Source: an uncultured Pseudomonadales bacterium (GTDB lineage Bacteria > Pseudomonadota > Gammaproteobacteria > Pseudomonadales > Azotimanducaceae). Taken from it: a stretch of 64,000 nucleotides of DNA. This document shows positions 46,767-55,049 of this stretch, in pieces. Under the pieces are notes generated by a model, which did no database searches, was not told the DNA's origin, and was given only the letters and a program-made list of their open reading frames with translations. Location: NCBI GenBank assembly GCA_958296195.1, contig OY282455.1, positions 3,829,809-3,893,808 of the forward strand. The letters are read 5' to 3'. A program made the position numbers and the translations under genes. Each line of letters starts with the position of its first letter. Position 1 is the stretch's first letter.

Positions 46767-48756
46767 CCAACCCGCCAAGCGCCCACTGGAGATGAAGATC
46801 AATCTAAATGCCTTGGAGCATTTGGGAATGAACCTTTACAGCACAATTCCCGCCGTGCTCTCGGAGATCGTCGCCAACGCTTGGGATGCGGATGCCAGCC
46901 AAGTCTCGGTGACGCTCGGTGATGGCGAGATATCCATTAAGGACAATGGCGTCGGCATGACGCGGGACGAGGTGATAGATCGCTTCCTGAATGTCGGCTT
47001 CCAGCGACGTTCCGAGATGGGTTCGATGACTCCCAGAAATAGGAAGCCGATGGGACGCAAGGGCATCGGCAAGCTATCGTCCTTCTCGATAGCGAACGTC
47101 GTGACTGTCTATACGGCCCGCGATGATGAACAAACAGCGTTCCGCATGGACGCGGCGAAGATCAGGGAGCAGATGCGGCGGGACGACGGCGATGCGTACC
47201 ATCCCGAAGAGATCAACCATGCGCCGGAGAAAAGGCAATCGGGAACATGCATCGTTCTGACTGCCCTGAAACATAGCGCCACCCAACAGACGTCACGAAG
47301 CCTGCGCCAACGCATTGCGAGGCGCTTTTCGATAATCGGTCCGCGGAACGGGTTCTCCGTATCCGTAGATAACGACGACGTCCGCCCCGAAGACCGCGGC
47401 TACTACCAACATGTCGAGTATTGCTGGACCTACGGCGATCAAGAGGAGACCGTGGGCCGCTTCTCAAGGCTAGCGGACGGACAGCCGCCAATGGACCGAA
47501 CAGCGGAAGCTATGAAGGCCGCCAGAAATCTAGACATCACTGGCTGGATCGGCACCGTCCAACGCTCCGGCTTACTGAAAACCGAAGATGGGGAAAACTT
47601 GAACCGTCTCGCCATCTTCATGCGCGGCAAGGTTGCTCACGAGGACCTTCTTGGAGACTTCGGACTAAAGGAGATATTCGCAGACTATGTCGTTGGTGAG
47701 ATTCACTGCGATAGTCTCGACCAAGACGACGACGAGGACATCGCTACCAGCAGCCGTCAAACCCTCAAGCATGACGACCCGAGATTTAGAAAAATACGAG
47801 ATGTGGTCCACAAAGAACTTCGCCACATCGCCAACCAATGGAGTGAGCTACGCAACCGCCATGGCTCCAAGGTATTCTGCAAGGAAGTGCCGGCTGTTGC
47901 GGAGTGGCTCGGTGACCTGCAGGGCGATACTAGAAAAAAGGCGGAAAGATGGATTGGACGTCTCAATGTGTTGAAGTCAGGAGACGAAACCAAGCGTGAA
48001 TTGCTAAAGGCGTCTATCCTAGCCTTTGAGAGCTATCGCCGGAAAGAGCAATTAGACTTTCTGGAGAATATGTCGGATGAGAACATAGAGCCGATCCTTC
48101 AAGTCTTCGATGATATAGACGACCTACAGCTAAGTTACTATGGGCAGATTGTCAAACTCCGCCTTGGCGTGATTAAAACTCTGGAACAGAAACTCAATAC
48201 CGACCAGAAGGAAATTGTGATTCGAGATCACATCTACAAACACCTTTGGTTGCTGGACCCATCTTGGGAGAGGGTCAAGGGATCAGAAGCGAAAGAAAAA
48301 CGAATTACCAACTTCCTGAAGGAAGACTCACAAGGTCTAACGGCGCAGGAACGCAGGGCGCGTATTGACATTGGCTACAGAACAGCGCAAGGCCGACATG
48401 TGATTATCGAGTTGAAGCGAGCATCCGTGCAAACGCCAGTGGACGAACTAACCCGACAGATCAGAAAGTACCGTAGTGGAGCGAAGCAGCTAATCGCCAA
48501 AACGGACTTTCCGAATTGGCAGGTCGACATTATTTGCCTTGTTGGGAGGCCGCCGCCAGAATGGAATGAAGGTGATGGCAAGAAAGACGTTGAAAGAGCA
48601 CTTGCAAGCGTCGAAGCTCGATTGATGTTCTATGATAGCCTACTGGATCAATCGCAAAGAGCTTATGCAGACTACCTTGAAGAACACAAGAAAATTGATC
48701 GATTGTGGAAGATATTCGAAGGTATTGATGATTTTGCTGAGGCAGCAAGCGACTAG
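46758..48756 (+). CDS. GHKL (Bergerat-fold, HATPase_c_3/paraMORC-like) ATPase fused to a C-terminal PD-(D/E)xK-like nuclease motif
   Basis: N-box EIVANAWDADAS, G1 box KDNGVGM and G2 box GRKGIGKLSSF near the N-terminus. IDIGYRTAQGRHVIIELKR lies near the C-terminus. It overlaps the dcm stop by 9 bp. Confidence 0.7.
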
Positions 48757-51296
48757 GATGCCAGCAGCGCATTCAGCCGCTGTTCCCACTCATCCTCATC
48801 CACCACCTCGAAGCGCACCACCTTGTTGCGCATGGCCGGCGCGAAGGTGGCCCAATCCGTCTTCTTGGCGTGTTCGGAGCAGATGTCGAACACCGAGCGC
48901 TTGTAGGCCGTGTCGGCGGACTCCTTCAGGTGGACGCCCTTGGTTTCGACCACGAACACTTGGTGGAACTGGTCGTCTTGGTCGGGCTCGTCGGGCTTGA
49001 GGGTGAGGATGAAGTCAGCATAGATGCGCTGCGGCCTCCAAGCCTGCACATAGTAGTCCTTGCGGGAGCGGTTGCGGTACCAGAAGAACAGCCTCGCCTG
49101 CCGGTCCAGATAGGTGGCCACCTTGTTCTCCAGGCCGTTCAGGTCGCCCTCGCCGGTGCGGTCGAACAGGTTGAGTTGGTATTGGGCGCCGTCCTCTCGG
49201 TTGGCTTGGCGTTCCGTTGCCGGTGCATCGATCTGAACGGGCAAGCGGTTGCACTGCAAGTCCTCGGTGACGACGATGAAGCGCACCGTGCCGGCGTCCA
49301 AAAGCTCAGCGAACACCTGCTTGGATAGGCGGTCGCGTTCCGCCTCCAAACGCTTGCGCAGTTCCTCCAGCACGAACATGTAGTTGCCGACCACCTGTTC
49401 GCGGGGATGCCTTGCCAGCAGCGCGTTGAAGACCCTTTGCGCCGCCTCGGCGCCGCGCCACGGGTTGGGCATCGCATCGAGCAGGTGGCTGGCGGCGAAG
49501 TAGTAGTCGATGTCGCCGTCCCCCTCTTGGGCGGACAGCCCGCCCGCCGCCGCGTCAGGGTCGGAGAAGAAGGGTTCGGCGTCCAGCCCGGTACGCAGCG
49601 CCACATCCCCGCGCCCTTGCGCCTCAAGCGGCAAGTCGAACAGCGGGGTGACGTCCACCTCGTCCCAAGGCACCCGGGAGAGGATGTCCGCTTCATAGTG
49701 GACCAGCCGCCACTCGCGCCCGTCGCGGATCATGAATGTCGGCAGCACCAGATCCCGGGCGGCCTTGCGGAAACCCTCCCTTTGCATGGAGGTCACCAGA
49801 TCGCCGGAGCGCACCGCGCCTTCTTCGGCCTTGATGCGGGCCTCCAAGCCCTGCAACCCCTCAAGGCCGAACCCCTTGCGCACCTCCTGCAGGAGATCTT
49901 TGCCGCGGCGTTGGAAGCAGAAGACGTAGCTCTCATCCAAGGCCGCAACGCCGGTCTTGGCGGCGTAGGGCTGGCGCAGGATGCGGCCCACCAATTGCGT
50001 CAAGGCGCTCTTGGAACTTGGGTTGGTGAGAATGGCCAGAACATAGGCGAAGGAGCAGTCCCAGCCCTCCTGCAGCGCCTGCTTGGTGATGATGAAGCGG
50101 ATGGGGCAATCCCGGGAGAGCAGCCCGCCGGCTTCATCCACCACCTTCAATTCGTCGCGCTGGCTGGTCTTCACTGCAACCTGTTCGGCCGTGATGGCCG
50201 GATGGCGCAGCAGGTATTCACGCACGTCCTCCGCGTGAATGAACCCAGCTTGGCGCTGATCCTTTCCGGTGCGCTCCACCTGCACCAAGCAGATGGGGCG
50301 AATGTAGGTGCCCGTCTCCGCTTCGTGCCGCCGCGCCTCGCCCTCCAAGGCTTGGCGATGCTCGATGGCGGCCAGCAGCGTATCCCGCCAACTGACGCTG
50401 GCTTTGTTCTGAATGTGTAAGTCCAGCTTGATCATCTCCTCCGCGTTCAGCGCTTGGCCGGAAATGTCCACCAGCACGTTCGCCTCCCGCGGCGGCGTGG
50501 CGGAAAGCTCCACGATCATGCAGGGGTTGAAGCCTTCGAGCGTCTTCTTGGCGTTGCGGCTGTACGCCTTGTGGCCTTCGTCCAGAATGATGAGCGGCTG
50601 CAGCAGGCGCAGAGTGTTGCCCAGCGAAGTCTTGGCCCGCCGACCCCAAACGCCGCCGGCGGAATCGAAAACGTCCAGATTGGGGACTTCCGCCAACAGC
50701 CGCTCGTGAGCGCGCGCATCGTCATCGGCGGGAAAGAAGCGGTCGAAGCCGCCGCTGTCCCGGAACATCCGCAGTTGCTCCTTGGTTTCGCGGTTCGCCG
50801 ACGGCAGCATCAGCAGCAACACGCACAGCCGCTCGCGCACATCCTGCGGCCCGAAGCCGCTGTTCTTCTCCAGCACCAGGGTTCGGCCGGCGGAGGCGAC
50901 GTCGAGTTGCTGGCGGTAGGGGTGGTCGCGGTCCTTGAGCGCCTTCAGGGTTTGGCTGTATATCTGGGTGCTGGGCACGATCCACAGCACCAAGCCGTTT
51001 TGCCGGCGGCGGTAGCGCGTGTGTACCAAGTCGATCACCTTGGTGGCCAGCAGCGTCTTGCCGCCGCCGGTGGGAACTTTCAGGCAGAAGGCGGGCAGCG
51101 GCTCGCCCAAGCCGTTCTTGCGCGGCAGGTAGGGGCGGTGGGGGACGGATTTCTCCCACGCCTTCGCCACCCAGTCGATGGCGAGGTCGGGAACGGTCTC
51201 ATGCGCCTGCGCCGCCTTTAGCCGCCATTCCGTCAGCCGTTCAAGGAACTCCCGCACTTGGCTGAGTGCATTCTTCTGGAACTCCTTGAGAATCAT
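48753..51296 (-). CDS. res: Type III restriction enzyme Res subunit (SF2 helicase-nuclease)
   Basis: Walker A VPTGGGKTLLA, the DEAH-like ILDEGHKAY and helicase motif VI QLVGRILRQ. 847 aa. ATGA overlap with mod. Confidence 0.85.
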   Translation of the reverse strand: MILKEFQKNALSQVREFLERLTEWRLKAAQAHETVPDLAIDWVAKAWEKSVPHRPYLPRKNGLGEPLPAFCLKVPTGGGKTLLATKVIDLVHTRYRRRQNGLVLWIVPSTQIYSQTLKALKDRDHPYRQQLDVASAGRTLVLEKNSGFGPQDVRERLCVLLLMLPSANRETKEQLRMFRDSGGFDRFFPADDDARAHERLLAEVPNLDVFDSAGGVWGRRAKTSLGNTLRLLQPLIILDEGHKAYSRNAKKTLEGFNPCMIVELSATPPREANVLVDISGQALNAEEMIKLDLHIQNKASVSWRDTLLAAIEHRQALEGEARRHEAETGTYIRPICLVQVERTGKDQRQAGFIHAEDVREYLLRHPAITAEQVAVKTSQRDELKVVDEAGGLLSRDCPIRFIITKQALQEGWDCSFAYVLAILTNPSSKSALTQLVGRILRQPYAAKTGVAALDESYVFCFQRRGKDLLQEVRKGFGLEGLQGLEARIKAEEGAVRSGDLVTSMQREGFRKAARDLVLPTFMIRDGREWRLVHYEADILSRVPWDEVDVTPLFDLPLEAQGRGDVALRTGLDAEPFFSDPDAAAGGLSAQEGDGDIDYYFAASHLLDAMPNPWRGAEAAQRVFNALLARHPREQVVGNYMFVLEELRKRLEAERDRLSKQVFAELLDAGTVRFIVVTEDLQCNRLPVQIDAPATERQANREDGAQYQLNLFDRTGEGDLNGLENKVATYLDRQARLFFWYRNRSRKDYYVQAWRPQRIYADFILTLKPDEPDQDDQFHQVFVVETKGVHLKESADTAYKRSVFDICSEHAKKTDWATFAPAMRNKVVRFEVVDEDEWEQRLNALLAS

Positions 51297-53089
51297 CGCG
51301 CCAGCCGCTCCGCTGTTTCATAGATCTCGAACGGCAGTTGCTGGAAGGTGATGCGGTGGCGGTGCAGGAACTCCTGATCGACGTACTTCGTCGGCGCGAA
51401 CACCAGCTTGTCGCGTTTGCTGCGGGAGAGCTTGCGGACGACGTCCAGGGTCAGCGCCATGTCCTTGAGCCGCTCGAATTCGTCCGTGTAGATCAGGAAC
51501 ACATCGGTGTTCCGGCTTTTGCCGATGAACCATCGCTCCGGCCGCATCCCTGCCGCCTCGAACTCCTCGCCGGTGGCGGTGAAGAAGATGTACGCCGCCA
51601 ACTTCTCGTAGCTCGGCAGCTTGTCGGGGTGCAGCATGGACTCCTTGCGCAGCGCTTTGCCGAGCTTGAAGTAGCTGAAGGTGCCGCCCAGCCCGTCCGT
51701 CCTTTCGGTGATGCGCTTTTCCCCCGTGACGATCAACTTGTCGTTTTTGACCTCCTTCCTAATTTTGTCGAAACGCCCGCCTTCCCGTCCCTCCAGCGCC
51801 TCCACCTCGGCAACCAAGCCGTCGGCCCGCTTAAGAGTGGCCCAGGACAGCTTCTCGTTCAGCAGCTCCGTTCTCTGCACGCCGGTGTGCCCGTAGCCCT
51901 TGATGACCCGCCGCACCCGCTCCGCGGTGATGCGGTCCACATAGTCCTCGCACTCGATAAGCACGAAGCGGCGGTTGCCGCCGTCGGCCTTGTTGAGGGC
52001 GAGGACCGCGTGGGCGGTGGTGCCGGAACCGGCGAAGGAGTCTAGGATGATGGAGTCCTTGTCGGTTGCCATCCGAATAATGTGGCGAATGAGCGACGAC
52101 GGTTTAGGGGTAATAAAAACATCGTTGGACGTCTCGAAGTCAAGTATCGACACAATCTCCCGCTTGGAGTCCTGCGTGTGCCCCACTTCCTGATAAGTCC
52201 ACAACGTCTGCGGTACGCGACCTTGTTTTGTCTCAGAAAGAAATATCTTCGGTGCCGGCACATTGTTGCCGTCTTGTCCCCACCAAATACGACCATCGGC
52301 GTCAAGTTCCCTAAGTCGTTCCTCAGACACCCGCCAATACGACCCTCGCGGTGGGCCATCAACTATGCGCCCGCTCGGACAGATAATCGGGTACACGCCC
52401 TTGCTGTAGTAGTTTCTTGCCGCCAAGTTGTTGGGGCGCCAAGGGCCTCGTGGATCGTTGTCTGGATTTCGATAAATTGCATCCTGTGCCTTGGTTCTCG
52501 GCAACAGGTTGGGTGACCAAGCATTGTGATCGCGAGCGTATACGACGATGAAGTCATGGTCTTCCGAGAAGTGCTTGGCTGAACTCTTGGGCGCATATAC
52601 TTTCTGCCAAACTACCGTCGCAACAAAATTCTCCTCCCCAAAAACCTCATCCATCAACGAGCGCAGCCGATGCACCTCGTTGTCGTCAATGGAAACGAAA
52701 ATCGCCCCGTCGTCGCGCAGCAACTCGCGCAGCAGCTTCAGGCGCGGCAGCATCATGCAGCACCACTTATCGTGGCGGGTCAGGTCGTCCCGGTCCACCA
52801 CCTTGCCGAGCCAATCCTTCATCAGTGGGGAGTTCACGCGGTCGTTGTACGCCCAGCCCTCGTTGCCGGTGTTGTAGGGCGGATCGATGGTGATGCACTT
52901 GACCTTGCCGTGATGGGTCGGCAGCAACGCCTTCAGCGCCGCCAGGTTGTCCCCCTCAATAATCAGATTGTCATGCAGGCTGGCCTTCTTGGAGAGCCCC
53001 TTGCCGCGCACAGACGTCAACTCGTGGTACGGCACCCCCAGATGGAAGTTCTCCACAAACACCCTTCCCTTGAATTGCAGCAACGACAT
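51293..53089 (-). CDS. mod: Type III Mod-like (beta-class) DNA methyltransferase, N6-adenine or N4-cytosine
   Basis: Motif IV IDPPYN precedes motif I DSFAGSGTTAHAV. The N-terminus MSLLQFKGRVFVENFHLGVPYHEL is typical. A GGAG RBS precedes the ATG at 53089. Confidence 0.85.
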   Translation of the reverse strand: MSLLQFKGRVFVENFHLGVPYHELTSVRGKGLSKKASLHDNLIIEGDNLAALKALLPTHHGKVKCITIDPPYNTGNEGWAYNDRVNSPLMKDWLGKVVDRDDLTRHDKWCCMMLPRLKLLRELLRDDGAIFVSIDDNEVHRLRSLMDEVFGEENFVATVVWQKVYAPKSSAKHFSEDHDFIVVYARDHNAWSPNLLPRTKAQDAIYRNPDNDPRGPWRPNNLAARNYYSKGVYPIICPSGRIVDGPPRGSYWRVSEERLRELDADGRIWWGQDGNNVPAPKIFLSETKQGRVPQTLWTYQEVGHTQDSKREIVSILDFETSNDVFITPKPSSLIRHIIRMATDKDSIILDSFAGSGTTAHAVLALNKADGGNRRFVLIECEDYVDRITAERVRRVIKGYGHTGVQRTELLNEKLSWATLKRADGLVAEVEALEGREGGRFDKIRKEVKNDKLIVTGEKRITERTDGLGGTFSYFKLGKALRKESMLHPDKLPSYEKLAAYIFFTATGEEFEAAGMRPERWFIGKSRNTDVFLIYTDEFERLKDMALTLDVVRKLSRSKRDKLVFAPTKYVDQEFLHRHRITFQQLPFEIYETAERLAR

Positions 53090-53131
53090 ACTCAGCGCTC
53101 CGATTAGGTTACATCCCCGGAAAGTGAACAA

Positions 53132-53380
53132 CTATGAGCCTTGAAAATGAAGTCCACAAGGCGTCCGCAGCCCGAAGCCAGCCGAGCCTAATCGCTGACC
53201 AGACCGTTTGCTATTCAGGCCATTGGAATTGATTAGGAGTCCATTCACAACATTAGCTGGCCGCAGACAGTACGCCAGATTACGCTCGCGGTCTTGGACC
53301 TCTATCGCAAAGGGCTTGTCCCCAATTACTTGTGACCTAGGCGCTTCGGTGCAACGTTCCGGTTTTAGCAACGACGACAT
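53132..53380 (-). CDS. possible small ORF (82 aa) filling the gap between the accessory genes and mod
   Basis: It has an ATG start and the same strand, and its spacing to both neighbours is tight. It has no recognisable motif and could be non-coding leader. Confidence 0.3.
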   Translation of the reverse strand: MSSLLKPERCTEAPRSQVIGDKPFAIEVQDRERNLAYCLRPANVVNGLLINSNGLNSKRSGQRLGSAGFGLRTPCGLHFQGS

Positions 53381-53385
53381 CGATT

Positions 53386-53811
53386 CTACTTAGGGCGACG
53401 AAGAAATCTGACCGGACGCCCGTAGTCAGGAACGGATATGGAGGCCAAGTCATGATGCTCAATATCTTCAAGGCTGCCTAGCTTGCTCGTCCACAAGCCC
53501 GAAGACAATTGCCTAGCAACATGAGTGAACTGGCCACCATCCCCACCATAGATGGCGATCTTCTCAAACCCCTGCTCGTACTGGGGTGTCGCGCACAACT
53601 CAAAGCCCAACGACGCAAACATATCGGCATACGCAGCTATCGAGCCGTCTCGACTTGCGTTGTTGGGCCAATATCCAAAGAGGTGGTCCCACCAAGCATC
53701 GGTTTTCCCTGCCGCCCACGCCACGCAATTGTAAGCGCAGTCCCGGGGGCTGGTTACTCTGTGATTCCCTCCCTTGAGTTTGGGAAATAGTTCGGTCAAT
53801 GGGTTGGCCAT
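53386..53811 (-). CDS. hypothetical protein (141 aa) with a conserved-looking Cys/His pair, possibly a papain/NlpC-P60-like fold
   Basis: CAYNCVAWAAGKTDAWW ... QFTHVARQL ... WTSKLGSLEDIEH. An AGGA RBS follows directly after the upstream stop, with an 8-bp gap. Confidence 0.5.
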   Translation of the reverse strand: MANPLTELFPKLKGGNHRVTSPRDCAYNCVAWAAGKTDAWWDHLFGYWPNNASRDGSIAAYADMFASLGFELCATPQYEQGFEKIAIYGGDGGQFTHVARQLSSGLWTSKLGSLEDIEHHDLASISVPDYGRPVRFLRRPK

Positions 53812-53819
53812 CGTTCCTG

Positions 53820-54785
53820 CTATATCAAGTTCCGATTGCGGCCCCACTTGAGCCAGGCGTTCCGCATTGCATCGAACTTGCCGATGTCGCCGGTGGCCAC
53901 CGGATCCTCTCCGGAGATTGCTCGGAGAGCCCAAAACCAGTGATTGGGTTCAATAGACAGCTTCTTCAGAATCAGCGGCAGGGCATCGCGCCCGAGACCA
54001 ATGATTTCTTGGTAGCTCCGGTGCAGGACTATGTTCGACATCACTGAATGGTGCATAGTTTCAGATTTCCATTTTTCTGCAAGGTCATTGAAGTGCCTTT
54101 CCAATTCTTGTCCACATGGGATGTTTCTATCCGTTCCTAGGATTTCCGACAGCTTCTTCCAAGAGAGGACATTGCTCTTACTCAGGTAGGACATTTCGAT
54201 CATGAACTTGACTTGACCATTTTTGATCAGCTCCTCCCGGCAATCGCCAACTACGAACGGAACCACCTTCTTCTTGCTGCCGGTAAGTTCGACGAGGATT
54301 CTCGCCATAACATACTGTCGGATGAGTTGATGCACGAGAATATACTCAAGGGAGGCACCGAATTTAGCCTCGCATTTGACCTCCCCGATGCACAAGTGCT
54401 TCGGCGTTTGGAGAACGACATCAACCTCGGTGCGGAATAGGTTGTCATATAGCGACGGCTTGCATTTGTAGTTGTCCTTTTCCAGCTCCCGGAACTCATC
54501 AGAGCGCTCAATCTCCTGCCGTAAGCGGGGGAAGCAACTGCGATAGCATTCAAGAACCTGTTTCCTATAGTGCTCCACATCTGGGTGTTCTTGGCAGCGC
54601 TGATGTATATAGTCGCGCATGCCATACCAAAACAGCTCGAATTCAATGTTGTCGCCGTGTTGCTCCCTCGAGCCAAGGAGATGACTGGCGAGGGAAATGC
54701 GGGCATCTGGTTTCTCAACCAAGGGAGATAGGACGCTCGCCGTGCGCCAATTCTCGGTTCTGTTCTTGATGTCAAGTATGCCCAT
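53820..54785 (-). CDS. hypothetical protein (321 aa) with a PD-(D/E)xK-like nuclease motif
   Basis: TEVDVVLQTPKHLCIGEVKCEAKF (D...E-x-K) is encoded at about 54375-54425. A distinct C-terminal ~90 aa includes EPNHWFWALRAISGEDPV. The DNA is A/T-rich. Confidence 0.5.
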   Translation of the reverse strand: MGILDIKNRTENWRTASVLSPLVEKPDARISLASHLLGSREQHGDNIEFELFWYGMRDYIHQRCQEHPDVEHYRKQVLECYRSCFPRLRQEIERSDEFRELEKDNYKCKPSLYDNLFRTEVDVVLQTPKHLCIGEVKCEAKFGASLEYILVHQLIRQYVMARILVELTGSKKKVVPFVVGDCREELIKNGQVKFMIEMSYLSKSNVLSWKKLSEILGTDRNIPCGQELERHFNDLAEKWKSETMHHSVMSNIVLHRSYQEIIGLGRDALPLILKKLSIEPNHWFWALRAISGEDPVATGDIGKFDAMRNAWLKWGRNRNLI

Positions 54786-55049
54786 CGTCTGTTCCCCTCG
54801 TCGCACTCGGGTCCTGAGAGCCGTGCCCAGAAAAACCCGTGCGTTCGTCGACCTCACTGCGCATTGTCCTTCAGGTCAGGTGGCTGTGTCCACCGCTAGC
54901 GCTTCCCGGTAGCCACTAGAGCACCTCAGCCGGTGCTCGGCTTACGCGCCGTAGAAATGGTGCCATCCGCCGAAGCTGTTGATGGTGTTCGACTTTCCGC
55001 GCACCGATCACTACACTTCCCTTCCGCAAACTTCCCGAAAGACTGGGCC

